A stretch of DNA of 64,000 nt from Flavobacteriales bacterium (GTDB lineage: Bacteria > Bacteroidota > Bacteroidia > Flavobacteriales_D > Sanyastnellaceae), in NCBI GenBank assembly GCA_034408895.1, contig JAWXCI010000001.1, positions 16,638 through 80,637 of the forward strand, written 5' to 3'. A program made the translations under genes and the position numbers. Of the stretch, positions 53,395-63,983 are shown piece by piece. Below the pieces are notes generated by a model. The model saw nothing but the letters and a program-made list of their open reading frames with translations. It was not told the DNA's origin and did not search any database. Within the stretch, counting starts at the first letter, position 1, and each line of letters starts with the position of its first letter.

Positions 53395-56005
53395 CCAACT
53401 GCCTGCTGCTAACTCTTCCAACGGCATCACTCAATTCCAGCACATACACACCACGGGACAATCCTTCCAATGAAATGACAAGTGGGTTGGAAGAAATTTT
53501 TTGAGAAAAGATTTCTCGTCCCGCTTCATCTAACAAGCTGAGTTGTTCAAATTGTTTTTCCGTTGGCCATGCTACTTCAATAAAATCTTTTGCAGGGTTG
53601 GGGTGGATGGTGATGATGTTGTTGTTCGAAAGCTCACTTACGCTTTCTAAATAGTCAATCACAAAATCGGCTTCCGCGGTGCATCCCAATGAGTCGGTAA
53701 TGATTACGCTGTAGAATCCTGCGGCCAGTCCGGTTATGGTAGAAGTGTCTGTCACATCGTTGCTCCACTCTACAGTATAAGGAGGAGTGCCACCTTCCAC
53801 CGATAGCGAAGCCGTTCCGTTTTCCCCGTTCTCATATTGCCCTGTGGTGTCAAGATCAAACTGAAGAGCCGAGGGTTCCTGAATTTCAAACTCAACCAGT
53901 GTTGAACACAAGTTCAAATCAGCCACCAACACTTGATAATTTCCTGCGGCAAGCTGAGCAGGGTTGTAGCCCATCCAGTCCTCGGCATATTCTGGAGTTC
54001 CACCTGTTGTCATCACAGATGCTGTACCTGACGATTCACCATTGCACAATGCGTCCGTGGCAACTGCTTCCGTCCATAATGAATCGGGTTGAGTAATGAT
54101 GGCATTACCGGAAAAGGAACAACCATCGGTGGTAGTTCCCACAAAAGAATAAACTCCGGCAGCCATATTCGTAACCGCTGTTGAAGTGCTGTCGTTGCTC
54201 CACACCACAGTGTCAACCTCTCCATTGCTCAACATAAATTCTGCGGAGCCTGTGGCATCACCATAACATAAAACATTTTGTGATTCCACTACTGGAGCAG
54301 GTGCAGGCAACACACTAACCACTATTTCGTTCGATGTGTTTTCAATACCAAATTCATCAGTAACCTCCACGGAATAAGTGCCGGGCTGGTTCACGGATAT
54401 AAAGGCAGTGGTTTCGCCTGTGCTCCACAAGTAGTTTTGATAAACACCGGCATAAAGGGACATACTTCCTTCCGGACAAATCTCGGGGCCTCCATTGGTA
54501 ATGAGGTCGAATGGAACAATGGAAGTACTGCCTTGTATCAGTTCCAGGTTTTGGTTCAACTCAACGTTGTACCAGGTTTCCTCAACACCATCGGGCCAAA
54601 GCACCACCAGCGAATCCACTTCAGCAGTGCTCCCTAGTCCGAAAATTTCTTTGCGCGAATTCTGGCCAATACAATTCTCGCCTGAAACAGTAAATCGCAC
54701 ATATTCATTTCCTCCGGCATAGCAGGTAATCCAAGAGCCGATAGCTTCATAGTTGGAGGTGGTGCCCTGCAGAGTTACTGAAAGATAATTATTGTCGCCA
54801 CCTTCATTGAGCCAGAAAACGGAGGGATAGGGATCGTTGTTGTTCGTGAGGTAATCGAAATAACCATCGTTGTTGCAATCGCCCATTGTCACTGTTATGG
54901 TGGGAGAAATATCGCTCGTAGTGCCAGTGTCTTCGTTGCCGGGAGTAAAGGTGTCGTCATGTTGGTTAATGAACCATTTGTTTTCATATGGCCCCCATAA
55001 ACCAATGGTAGTGCCCACAAACAGGTCGTGCCAGGTGTCGTTGTCGTAATCCAGCCAAAGGGCACCCCAGCAAATAGCATAGACGGAAACACCCGCTTCA
55101 ACGGCTATGTTTTCAAACAGACCATCGTTGTTTTTCAGCAACACGTTTCCGGTTTGATCGCTGCTCACAAAAATGTCGAGGTCGCCATCGTTGTCGTAGT
55201 CATCCACCGTTCCGCTCATGGGGCCTCCGGTATCGGGGCCGGTGTTGGTCTCATAAGTAACGTTGGTAAAAGTTCCGTTTCCGTTGTTGCGAAACAGTTC
55301 AGTATTCCATGCATCGCGGTCAATCACGAGGAACAGATCGCTCCATCCGTCTTTATCATAATCCAAAAATACGGGCTGGAAACAAGGACGGGGGCCAAGT
55401 GCCAGTCCAACTCCAATTGTGTTTTCCGTAAATGTTCCGTTGCCGTTGTTATGATAAAATTTGCTTTCGTATTCGAAGCCGGGATTTTGGTCAGGGTTGT
55501 AGAATTCGGCAATGTAGAGGTCAAGAAAACTGTCCTTGTCCACATCGGCCCAGGCCGCTCCGAAGTAATGATAATAACCGGGATCAATTCCTGAAATATC
55601 GGCTACTTCCACAAAGTTGAGGTTGCCATTATTTCTCCAAAGGCGCGTGGGAAACATGTCATGGGTAATGAGCAAATCGGCATCGTGGTCATTGTCATAA
55701 TCACCCCACAACACCATTTTTACCTGGCCATGATCAATGTTGATAATGCCGAGGTCCACTTCGATAAAAGATCCATTGTTGTTGAGGTAAAACAGCACAT
55801 CATCCGCACCGTTGCCGAGGGTGAGATCGTCCCATCCGTCATTATTAAAATCATAGAACGAACATCCGCTGCCGTCATAAGTGCCAGTGGCTACGTTGTA
55901 TATTCCAAACTCATCAGTCATGTTGATGAACTGCGCACCCGCATTCATCCATAAAGTGGATGTGGCAAGAAAAAAGAGGCGGTAGAATTTCACGGTTGTT
56001 CTCAT
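53381..56005 (-). CDS. CRTAC1/ASPIC-UnbV family FG-GAP repeat protein with SprB-type repeats and a T9SS C-terminal sorting domain
   Basis: 874 aa. FG-GAP/VCBS motifs (FNNDGWDDL, DYDNDGD). The UnbV/ASPIC block reads NNYLSVTLQGTTSNYEAIGSW..GQNSRKEIFGLG..VLWPDG. Cys-Gly repeats include LCNGESSGTASV..GGTPEY. The C-terminus reads IHPNPAKDFIEV...GVYVLEL. Confidence 0.8.
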   Translation of the reverse strand: MRTTVKFYRLFFLATSTLWMNAGAQFINMTDEFGIYNVATGTYDGSGCSFYDFNNDGWDDLTLGNGADDVLFYLNNNGSFIEVDLGIINIDHGQVKMVLWGDYDNDHDADLLITHDMFPTRLWRNNGNLNFVEVADISGIDPGYYHYFGAAWADVDKDSFLDLYIAEFYNPDQNPGFEYESKFYHNNGNGTFTENTIGVGLALGPRPCFQPVFLDYDKDGWSDLFLVIDRDAWNTELFRNNGNGTFTNVTYETNTGPDTGGPMSGTVDDYDNDGDLDIFVSSDQTGNVLLKNNDGLFENIAVEAGVSVYAICWGALWLDYDNDTWHDLFVGTTIGLWGPYENKWFINQHDDTFTPGNEDTGTTSDISPTITVTMGDCNNDGYFDYLTNNNDPYPSVFWLNEGGDNNYLSVTLQGTTSNYEAIGSWITCYAGGNEYVRFTVSGENCIGQNSRKEIFGLGSTAEVDSLVVLWPDGVEETWYNVELNQNLELIQGSTSIVPFDLITNGGPEICPEGSMSLYAGVYQNYLWSTGETTAFISVNQPGTYSVEVTDEFGIENTSNEIVVSVLPAPAPVVESQNVLCYGDATGSAEFMLSNGEVDTVVWSNDSTSTAVTNMAAGVYSFVGTTTDGCSFSGNAIITQPDSLWTEAVATDALCNGESSGTASVMTTGGTPEYAEDWMGYNPAQLAAGNYQVLVADLNLCSTLVEFEIQEPSALQFDLDTTGQYENGENGTASLSVEGGTPPYTVEWSNDVTDTSTITGLAAGFYSVIITDSLGCTAEADFVIDYLESVSELSNNNIITIHPNPAKDFIEVAWPTEKQFEQLSLLDEAGREIFSQKISSNPLVISLEGLSRGVYVLELSDAVGRVSSRQLAVGN

Positions 56006-56017
56006 GGTTCTGCAATG

Positions 56018-58678
56018 TTAGTCATGAATAATTACTACGCGGCCCCTCCAAACTATTAGCTGTTGATCCATGATCAGAAGATGATAAACGCCCTCATGCA
56101 ATTGCTCTACATCGAGTTGTACTTCGTTTCCATCAATAGCAGATTGCTCAATGACCTGCCTTCCCCACACATCTTCCAACAAAACATGAGTACGTGCAAT
56201 TGAACTGATGCCTGAAATAGTGAAATGATGCGATGCAGGATTGGGGTAGATGATTATAGGGCTGCCGGTGTTCTCCGTTGTTCCAATTATGAAATCGACC
56301 TGAACAGTGTCATCCCATAAGCAACCGTTGGCATCAACAACCTCTACGGAATAAAGTCCAGCAATCAGATCTGTGATCAGCATCGAATCCATTGTTCCGC
56401 TGCTCCAGAGAATAGAGTAGGGGGGAGTGCCGCCTTCCATTTCCAAGGTGGCAGTTCCCAAGTCTCCATCTTCATATTGTGCTGTGGATACAAGAGTTCC
56501 TGAAAGTTCCTGAGGTTCATCAATTTCATAAGTGGCGAAAAGAAAACAGTCGTTGCTATCGGTCACTGCCACGTTGTAAATGCCGGCAGCAAGTGCTTCG
56601 GGATTTTGTCCCTGCCAATCGTATTGATAAGGAGGCGTTCCTCCGATGCCGGTGATTTCGGCTGTGCCTGTGGGGTCATCATAACAGAGGGCATCAGTAA
56701 TTGTGATGCCATATTCCAATGGCTGGGGTTCATCAATTTCAAGTTCACCTGAAAGACTGCAACCTTCATTCGTTACGAGTTGATAGGAAAATAAACCAGG
56801 CCACAGTTCCGCAATGCTGTTGGAGGTAGAATCATTACTCCATAGGATTTCTTCAATACTTCCTTCGCTCAAAGCAATGGATGCTGAACCATCATTCAAC
56901 CCAAAACAACTAACAGCGGTAGAATCTTCAAGCACGGACGGTAGTTGCATTATCTCCACCAAAACTGTGTCAGTGGATTGTGTATATCCATATTGATTGA
57001 TGATGGAGGCGAAGTATAGCCCTGCTTCTTGCACCACGAGGGTTTGTAAAGTGTCACCTGTGCTCCACAAGTAACTGGAAGCAGGGCCTGCATCCAATGC
57101 AGTGCTGTCTCCAGGACACAGCGTCAGGTCATTGTAAGAAAGAGCGACCACAATACTGGAGAATAACGGTTCCACATAATGGGTGAATGTGTTGGCGGGC
57201 AGGTTGTAAAACATTTGTTCGATTCCGCTTGGCCATATAAGATGCAGAGAGTCCACCACTTCATATTGCGCCAGGCCGAAGATTTCTTTTTCTGAATTTT
57301 GACACATATAGTTTTCGCCACAGTGGGTGTAGCGTAGGTACTTGTTGCCTTCGCACCATATTTCTATCCATGTTCCTATTCCATCGCGGTTGGATATTGT
57401 TCCTTCCACCGTTACTCCATAGAAGTTGTTGGTGCCTCCATCATTTTGCCGAAGCTGGCTGAAACTGGGCGATGCGTTGTTGTTGATGTAGTCATAATAT
57501 CCATCCTGGTTCATGTCGCCCATGGCACTGGTGTAAGCGGCTTTCACATTGCCCAAAAGGCCGGCAGCCTGGGTGCCATCGGAAAATGTTCCGTCCCCGT
57601 TGTTGATGTAGAAATGACTTTGCTGCTCCAGGCTGAATCCTGTTCCAAGGGTTCCAATAAATAAATCTTGCCAGGTGTTGTTGTCGTAATCCAGCCAAAG
57701 CGATCCCCAAGCCACGGTAGTTTCATCATAAAGATTAACTCCTGTATCCACCCCCACATCTTCAAAAGTTCCGTCTCCAAGATTATTGAGTAGGAAGTTT
57801 TGGTTGTAGGTGTTGGTAATGAAAATATCTATGTCGTCATCGTTGTCATAATCTTCCATGCCAATGGACATGGCATCGAGGTACACACCTGCACCACTGG
57901 TTTCGGTCACGTTTTCAAATGTGCCATCACCATTGTTGTGGTAGAGGTAGTTGCGGTAAACTACTTTGTCGTTGATCACATAAATGTCTTGCCAGCCATC
58001 GCGGTCATAGTCAATAAAAGCGGGCATGAATGAAGCCTGCACATTGAAGCAGGTGGAGCAGGGCAGTTCGATACCACTAGCCAATGTCACATCAGTAAAC
58101 GTTCCGTCACCGTTGTTGTGATAAAGGATATTGTAATACAGCGGTTCAGGGTTAAGAGTGTGGTTGTGGTATTTGCACACAAAAAAATCCAGAAAGCCAT
58201 CGCGATCATAATCGCCAGCGGCTGCTCCCATGTGACGGGGGAGGATTTCCTGGGCAATGCCTGCCTCCATGGTAACTTCTGTAAAATCCATATCACCATC
58301 GTTGCGGTAGAGTCTAATAGGAACATAGGCTATGGTGTAAAGAAAATCTTTGTCGCCATCGTTGTCATAATCAAACCACAGAGGCATTTTACCATCCACA
58401 TTAGATGAAAGGGCTGGATTGAAACTGGGAAAGATCTGGCTATAGCTACCTCCGTTGTTCACATAGAATTTAGGGAGTGAATTTTTTGCGGCAAAGGTGA
58501 TATCGTCCCAACCATCATCATTAAAATCAACAAACGAACAACCGCTACCATGAAAAGGATTGTTGCTGGTTGCACTTATGCCATTCTGGGTAGTGACATC
58601 AATAAACTGCGCTTGAGGTTGGATGCAATGCAAAAGCAGAAATGCGAAAATGAAATTTTTGATACGTGAGGATTTCAA
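56018..58678 (-). CDS. Tandem paralog of the CRTAC1/ASPIC-UnbV, SprB-repeat, T9SS-sorted protein
   Basis: 886 aa with the same architecture as the gene at 53381-56005. The two genes are separated by a 12-nt gap. TTG start (MKSSRIKNFIFAFLLLHCIQPQAQ). Confidence 0.8.
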   Translation of the reverse strand: MKSSRIKNFIFAFLLLHCIQPQAQFIDVTTQNGISATSNNPFHGSGCSFVDFNDDGWDDITFAAKNSLPKFYVNNGGSYSQIFPSFNPALSSNVDGKMPLWFDYDNDGDKDFLYTIAYVPIRLYRNDGDMDFTEVTMEAGIAQEILPRHMGAAAGDYDRDGFLDFFVCKYHNHTLNPEPLYYNILYHNNGDGTFTDVTLASGIELPCSTCFNVQASFMPAFIDYDRDGWQDIYVINDKVVYRNYLYHNNGDGTFENVTETSGAGVYLDAMSIGMEDYDNDDDIDIFITNTYNQNFLLNNLGDGTFEDVGVDTGVNLYDETTVAWGSLWLDYDNNTWQDLFIGTLGTGFSLEQQSHFYINNGDGTFSDGTQAAGLLGNVKAAYTSAMGDMNQDGYYDYINNNASPSFSQLRQNDGGTNNFYGVTVEGTISNRDGIGTWIEIWCEGNKYLRYTHCGENYMCQNSEKEIFGLAQYEVVDSLHLIWPSGIEQMFYNLPANTFTHYVEPLFSSIVVALSYNDLTLCPGDSTALDAGPASSYLWSTGDTLQTLVVQEAGLYFASIINQYGYTQSTDTVLVEIMQLPSVLEDSTAVSCFGLNDGSASIALSEGSIEEILWSNDSTSNSIAELWPGLFSYQLVTNEGCSLSGELEIDEPQPLEYGITITDALCYDDPTGTAEITGIGGTPPYQYDWQGQNPEALAAGIYNVAVTDSNDCFLFATYEIDEPQELSGTLVSTAQYEDGDLGTATLEMEGGTPPYSILWSSGTMDSMLITDLIAGLYSVEVVDANGCLWDDTVQVDFIIGTTENTGSPIIIYPNPASHHFTISGISSIARTHVLLEDVWGRQVIEQSAIDGNEVQLDVEQLHEGVYHLLIMDQQLIVWRGRVVIIHD

Positions 58679-59092
58679 AGTAGGATAAGTTTTGGTGTTG
58701 TGAAAAAAAGAATATTGTTAGCGGTGACTAAAGTAAGGACGAAGACTTGAGACAGGAGATGTGAAAGGAGAGACACGAAACCGCAGAAGTGAGCACCGGA
58801 AACTATCGGAACTGAACACATGAGCAAAGTCCTCAATGAAAAATATTACTATACATAACGTGAATTACAGTAGAAATTGAAATATTTTGATTGTTGGCCA
58901 GATCATCCAATCAAGGCCAAAAACATTTAGGAAGAACCTCTAATTGACTTGGACCCACAGGTTAACATTGTGCCCCATAACAAAACGAGTGCTGCTCGGT
59001 GATTGAGTTCATGAAGGATGGTCGAATTGTGGTCCGGCTTGAAACAATATGAATGACTAAAATGAGTTCCGGCATTATAAAAATCCTGTCGA

Positions 59093-59689
59093 ATGCAAAC
59101 CGTGTTTTCCGAACAAATCCATAAAGTTTCTATTGCCCTGCTCATTCTCCTGTTCATTTTGACGTCATGCAAAAAGGAATTCATACCCAAACCTGTGGGC
59201 TATTTTCGCATTGCTTTGCCCGCACACAATTATGCTCTTTATGAATCCAGTTGTCCCTTCAACATGGAAGTTCCCGTTTATTCTGATGTTGAAATTTATC
59301 GGGAAACACAGGCAGGGGATTCTTGCTGGTTCAATCTGGTCTATCCAAAGTTCAGGGCAAAAATTCATTTCACTTATTTGCCTGTACAAGGAAATCTGGA
59401 CGTGCTGCAGGCCGAAACTTATGAGTTCGCTATGAAGCATGAAATGAAAGCCGATGCCATTATTCGCACACCTTTTCGGGTTGGTAACCGAGAAGTATTC
59501 GGGCAGTTATACGACCTTAAAGGTGAAGCTGCATCGCAATGCCAGTTTTATATCACGGACAGTACTTCAAACTTTATCCGCGCTGCTCTCTACTTCGAAG
59601 TGAGGCCCAATCCAGATTCCATTGCGCCTGTGCTGGCATTTATCCGCGAAGACATTATTCATATTACACAAACCATTGAGTGGCGATGA
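59093..59689 (+). CDS. gldD: Gliding motility lipoprotein GldD
   Basis: Lipobox LFILTSCKK. Contains PKPVGYFRIALP and GEAASQCQFYITDSTSNFIRAALYFEVRPNPDSIAP, which matches my recollection of GldD. Confidence 0.8.
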   Translation: MQTVFSEQIHKVSIALLILLFILTSCKKEFIPKPVGYFRIALPAHNYALYESSCPFNMEVPVYSDVEIYRETQAGDSCWFNLVYPKFRAKIHFTYLPVQGNLDVLQAETYEFAMKHEMKADAIIRTPFRVGNREVFGQLYDLKGEAASQCQFYITDSTSNFIRAALYFEVRPNPDSIAPVLAFIREDIIHITQTIEWR

Positions 59690-60402
59690 ACCTGGTTGTT
59701 GACGCAGGAAATTCTTTTACGAAACTCGCCCTTTTTTCTTCAGGAGAATTGATACGGATGGCGGTCTTGGCTTGCGATGAAGTGAAAGGCCAACTGAAAT
59801 CATGGATGGATGAATACGAAGTCAAAAGTTGTATCGTTTCAAGTGTGAGAGAAAGCGATTCATCACTCAAAGAAGATCTTGGTAATTTCTTCCCCATTCA
59901 TTTTCTCTCAGCCCAAACGAAAGTGCCCATTATTATCAATTACGAAAATCCCGATTCACTTGGCAGCGACAGGATTGCAAATGCAGTGGCTTGTGAAAAA
60001 GAATTTACCGGCAAGAGTTGCCTCGTGGTGGACTGTGGCACATGTATTACATACACCACGGTTTCTCGGCACACTCTAACCGGAGGAGCCATCAGTCCGG
60101 GAATTGACATGCGTTTTAAATCGCTTGAACACTATACGGGAAAGCTTCCATTGGTTGAACGTACTGAAAGTTTCGCACTGCTGGGAACATCCACTGAGTC
60201 ATCCATCCGGAGTGGTGTGTTGATTGGAATTATCAATGAAGTACGTGGAATGATTGAGGAGTTCAGTAGCATAACGGACGACCTGCACGTCATAATCACC
60301 GGTGGTGATTTGCTTTTGTTTGAGCAACACATCAAAAGCCGCATTTTTGCGCGCCCAAATTTTACCCTTTACGGATTGAATGAAATACTTGAAATACAAT
60401 AG
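59686..60402 (+). CDS. coaX: Type III pantothenate kinase
   Basis: MNLVVDAGNSFTKLALF and VVDCGTCITY. Its ATG overlaps the gldD stop (ATGA). Confidence 0.9.
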   Translation: MNLVVDAGNSFTKLALFSSGELIRMAVLACDEVKGQLKSWMDEYEVKSCIVSSVRESDSSLKEDLGNFFPIHFLSAQTKVPIIINYENPDSLGSDRIANAVACEKEFTGKSCLVVDCGTCITYTTVSRHTLTGGAISPGIDMRFKSLEHYTGKLPLVERTESFALLGTSTESSIRSGVLIGIINEVRGMIEEFSSITDDLHVIITGGDLLLFEQHIKSRIFARPNFTLYGLNEILEIQ

Positions 60403-60460
60403 CACGAAGCCTGGAGAGCGAAAACCGGAGACCGGAAACCGGAGACCAATAGTGAGGCTT

Positions 60461-61837
60461 ATGCTTCCTATCAAATTTATTGCAGTGTTCGTGATTGTGT
60501 TGTGTTGTCTGGTTGCTACACCCCAAAGTAATCCGCAGTCGCCTTACTCCCGTTTCGGGGTAGGAACATTGCAAGAACCCGGCAACGTGAACAGCGTGGG
60601 CTTGGGTGGAATAACGACCGTGATGGACGACCGCTTTAGTGTCAACCTCAGCAACCCGGCAACGTACAGCCGACTTGTACGAACAGGTTTACAGGTAAGT
60701 GCTAAAGGTTCCATGTTGACCGTCTCCAATGGTGAAAGGGAGAATAAACTCAACGGATCGCAACTCCACGAAGTGGCTTTCGGATTTACCAAACCTGGAA
60801 GCAAATGGGGGTTTGCACTTGGACTGTCACCTTACAGTTCCAGCGGCTACGCACTCACTGACGAACAAACGATTCCAGATATTGGTAATGTCACTTATAC
60901 TTATGATGGCGAGGGTGGAATCAACCGCGCTATTGCCGGAGCATCGCGGGTTTTTTATTTCAAGAAAAAAGACATTGTTGACACATGCGTGACCCTGCAT
61001 CCATCCATCGCTATTGGGGCCAACCTCAATTATTATTTCGGCTCATTGAAGCAAACCCGCAAAGTGATATTCAATGATGTGACTTACGCGCACAGCAGAA
61101 TTTCCAACACCACATCTCTTTATGCCTTAGGCGGTGATGCAGGAATTCATGTTTCACTTCCGTTATCCATTCAACGAAAAGATTGCTCTGTCATAAAGCG
61201 CAGCACTCGGTTGTTATTGGGTGCTGATTATTCATTGGCGACATCGCTCAATGCAAAATTTAGCGAACTCACGGAATCATTCTATTATTTCACTGCGTTG
61301 GAAGTGGTAATCGATACTTCTGCGTTTGCGGAAAATGTAGAAGGAAGCCTCACATTACCACAACGCATTTCGCTTGGAGCAGGTTGGTCATGGTTCTCTA
61401 AAGGCTTCGGTACTCTGTTTATTGGTGGCGAATACCGCATGCAGGACTGGACTAAACACCTGGCGATATTCGAGGGAATTCCGGTTGCAAACAACCTACA
61501 GAGAGCCAGCACCATATCAGTGGGTGCTGAATTTAATTCCGACAATGTCGAGAAGTTCTTTGGTCGTTTGTCCTATCGTGTGGGGTGGCGCAATTCCAAA
61601 ACTTACTTGATGCTAAATGATAATCAGATCGCACAACAGGCCATTACATTTGGAACGTCCATACCGCTGCTGTGGTCCAAATCTTTCAGCCGCCTGAACC
61701 TGGCAGTGGAAACTGGAAGTGGTGGAACAACCGATAACAATTTGCTGAAAGAAAATTTCGTCAACTTTTATGTAGGCTTTACGTTTTCACCTTTCTTCAA
61801 AACCGATGAGTGGTTTGTTTATCGGAAGTATGATTGA
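60461..61837 (+). CDS. Outer-membrane beta-barrel protein of uncertain family
   Basis: Starts at ATG 60461. Signal MLPIKFIAVFVIVLCCLVATPQ, then NPQSPYSRFGVGTL. The beta-rich sequence ends in an aromatic-rich C-terminus. Confidence 0.55.
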   Translation: MLPIKFIAVFVIVLCCLVATPQSNPQSPYSRFGVGTLQEPGNVNSVGLGGITTVMDDRFSVNLSNPATYSRLVRTGLQVSAKGSMLTVSNGERENKLNGSQLHEVAFGFTKPGSKWGFALGLSPYSSSGYALTDEQTIPDIGNVTYTYDGEGGINRAIAGASRVFYFKKKDIVDTCVTLHPSIAIGANLNYYFGSLKQTRKVIFNDVTYAHSRISNTTSLYALGGDAGIHVSLPLSIQRKDCSVIKRSTRLLLGADYSLATSLNAKFSELTESFYYFTALEVVIDTSAFAENVEGSLTLPQRISLGAGWSWFSKGFGTLFIGGEYRMQDWTKHLAIFEGIPVANNLQRASTISVGAEFNSDNVEKFFGRLSYRVGWRNSKTYLMLNDNQIAQQAITFGTSIPLLWSKSFSRLNLAVETGSGGTTDNNLLKENFVNFYVGFTFSPFFKTDEWFVYRKYD

Positions 61838-61857
61838 TGAGCGAAACTTTATGTCTC

Positions 61858-61888
61858 AGTGGCCTCGCCCAAACTGAGCGGGGCCACT
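61858..61888. terminator. 11-bp GC-rich hairpin between convergent genes
   Basis: The sequence is agtggcctcgc-ccaaactga-gcggggccact, with one G-T pair. Neither side has a U-tract. Confidence 0.35.
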
Positions 61889-61935
61889 AAGGCAAAAAGA
61901 AAGAAAAGCTGCACGAAGAATAAAACTATCTCCGA

Positions 61936-63930
61936 TTAATTCTTGACGATAAGGCGCTGGGTACTTCCTGCTTTGATGGTGTAAACACCGGCTGCTATTC
62001 CTGAAACATCAACGGTGCGCGAAACGGAAGGAGCAAAAATGAATTCAGCCACGATTCTTCCCGCCATGTCTTCCATTACTATGCTTCCAATCGGTTGACC
62101 GCAGGAAAAATTCAATTCGCTCTCCAAAGGATTAGGATAGATGGAAATTGATGATTCATCATTTTCATCCAGCCCCACAAAAATTATTTCAAAAGAAAAC
62201 GTTGGGGAGAACTGGCTATCACCGCACTCGTTGCTTGCCTGCACCCTCCAGTAGTAAGTACCCACTGGAATATCGAACAGAGGATCGTAACTGGTTCCGG
62301 TCACGGTTTGCTCATCAATCATGTTAGTGAATGCATTATCCCCGGCAAGTTGAAAAAAATAAGTGGTGGCATTGGTCTGTTCATTCCAGGTAAAAATAAT
62401 TTCGTCCGCCTCCAGGAAATCAGTTTCATTGGCAGGTGTTATGGGTGTTGGCTGTGCAGCAGCATCGGCTGCCACACTAATATGCAGAGGCACTTCATAT
62501 TGCTCTCCGAAATCAGTAACGAGTAACAAATTGAAATCGTAAGAACCTGAAAAAAGTGCAAGAAGGCCAGTGAGGGTGACAGCGATTTCCTGCGGTTCCG
62601 TTATGGTTGCACCCGCCACTTGTACTTCGGGCGGAAGACCTTCCAGTGAAAGCGTGAGAGGAAATGCAAGTTCAGCATTGATGTCGAGTAGGAAGTTGAT
62701 TCCATCAGACCCGCAAATTTCCCAACTCTCCTGATCGGCAACAATCATCCTGGGTTGAAGAATAAAAAAGCCATTGTACATATCCGTGGCGAGTATTATT
62801 CCACTTGGAAGAAACGGGTAGTTGCTCCATGTTCCCTGAAATTGTGCAATGCTGTTCGATGGTAATACATCAAAGAATGCGATTTCGGAAAGCACTTCGT
62901 CCTCCACATGCACAGCATCGAGAATGCGAACACCGCTGGTGTAGTTGCTTTCATAAACAAATTGATCTTCGATGTACAGGTTATGATCAATGGATGAAAG
63001 ATCACTTTGGTACACACCCAAGTGCACCACGTTGTCGAGATCCTGCACATCAAAAATGTGGGTGCGTTGGTTCACATCAAAATCCAACTCATCTAATTCA
63101 TCATCCACCAGAAAGTATTTCTTGTCCTTAGTGAACCAACCCTGGTGGCAGTAACCATTTCCTTGGTAACCGTTTATTGAAATAGCAAAACAATCTGACT
63201 TATCCGTGCAGTCCACCACGGTGAGTTCGTCTTCGTTGCAGGCCATTACGATTTCTTTTCCGCTGTGGTCCATGTCTGGCCCATCATACAACACAGCGTG
63301 GCAATCGTGGGTGTAACCATCATCTTCGAAACTGCCAGCAATAACGGGGTTGAGAGGGTCGCTGATGTCCACGATGAAAAGTCCACCGTTGTAATAATAA
63401 GTTCCGTTGCAGTATGCATAGCCTGTTGCTTCATTGATGTCAATGGTGTGGCAATGACCGAAACCAGCGTAGTGAGTTGTTTCATCAAAAACCACAGGCG
63501 GGTTGACCACTGCATCCAATTGGAGAAGATCGAAAACCTGGAGGCCGTGCCCCGATTTTTCGCTCACCACAAAAGCGTAGTTCATGTAATCTTCCACATC
63601 GCGCCATAGGCTGTAATCATCACTGCCACCATCCACATAGTGAGGCGGAAGTATTCCCATGTAAACTGGATTAGTTGGATCGGAAACATCAACAAACGCG
63701 CATCCATTATTGCATCCCACCAATGCGTATTCTTTTCCGGTGTTGGGCGATTTCCATCCCCAAATGTCGTTGGTGTTATCTCCCCCACCAATGTCGTCCA
63801 ATGGAACTTTGGCCATTAGGTCAACAAGATTGCAGGGGTAAGTTCCCGCCATGCCATCCACACATGGGATTTGAAGTTGAGCAGAAAGTGAAATGGTGAA
63901 ACAAAATGTTACAAGTAAAAAATTCTTCAT
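61936..63930 (-). CDS. Choice-of-anchor-B / LVIVD-repeat beta-propeller protein with a T9SS C-terminal sorting domain
   Basis: 664 aa. N-terminus IPCVDGMAGTYPCNLVDLMAKVPL..NDIWGWKSPNTGKEYALVGCNNGCAFVDVSDPTNPVY. C-terminus IYPNPLESELNF...GVYTIKAGSTQRLIVKN. Confidence 0.7.
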   Translation of the reverse strand: MKNFLLVTFCFTISLSAQLQIPCVDGMAGTYPCNLVDLMAKVPLDDIGGGDNTNDIWGWKSPNTGKEYALVGCNNGCAFVDVSDPTNPVYMGILPPHYVDGGSDDYSLWRDVEDYMNYAFVVSEKSGHGLQVFDLLQLDAVVNPPVVFDETTHYAGFGHCHTIDINEATGYAYCNGTYYYNGGLFIVDISDPLNPVIAGSFEDDGYTHDCHAVLYDGPDMDHSGKEIVMACNEDELTVVDCTDKSDCFAISINGYQGNGYCHQGWFTKDKKYFLVDDELDELDFDVNQRTHIFDVQDLDNVVHLGVYQSDLSSIDHNLYIEDQFVYESNYTSGVRILDAVHVEDEVLSEIAFFDVLPSNSIAQFQGTWSNYPFLPSGIILATDMYNGFFILQPRMIVADQESWEICGSDGINFLLDINAELAFPLTLSLEGLPPEVQVAGATITEPQEIAVTLTGLLALFSGSYDFNLLLVTDFGEQYEVPLHISVAADAAAQPTPITPANETDFLEADEIIFTWNEQTNATTYFFQLAGDNAFTNMIDEQTVTGTSYDPLFDIPVGTYYWRVQASNECGDSQFSPTFSFEIIFVGLDENDESSISIYPNPLESELNFSCGQPIGSIVMEDMAGRIVAEFIFAPSVSRTVDVSGIAAGVYTIKAGSTQRLIVKN

Positions 63931-63967
63931 TGCTTTATTGATTGTTTGATTGAAACGAATGTTGAAC

Positions 63968-63983
63968 CCCGATAGCTATCGGG
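63968..63983. promoter_or_regulatory. Perfect 16-bp palindrome CCCGATAGCTATCGGG, 38 bp upstream of the choice-of-anchor-B gene
   Basis: Read directly from the sequence. It shares the half-sites of the palindrome at 15238-15253 and is flanked by 11-nt direct repeats gattgaaacga at 63948-63958 and 63989-63999. Confidence 0.35.

Noticed and set aside
58679-59092. The 414-bp divergent spacer upstream of gldD and the CRTAC1 paralog, examined for an RNA gene (including the 87-aa ORF at 58927-59190)
   Set aside because: It contains only short hairpins (for example ttggcc-N15-ggccaa, with an interleaved ttgattg/caatcaa pair) and a purine-rich stretch. It has no nested long-range structure, and the ORF overlaps the gldD start in antisense. 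It is probably promoter and leader DNA.
60422-60447. Tandem repeat aaaccggagacc-gg-aaaccggagacc between coaX and the OMP gene, considered as a possible CRISPR or VNTR
   Set aside because: There are only two copies of 12 nt, with no spacer-repeat architecture and no cas genes. It is too short to call anything.
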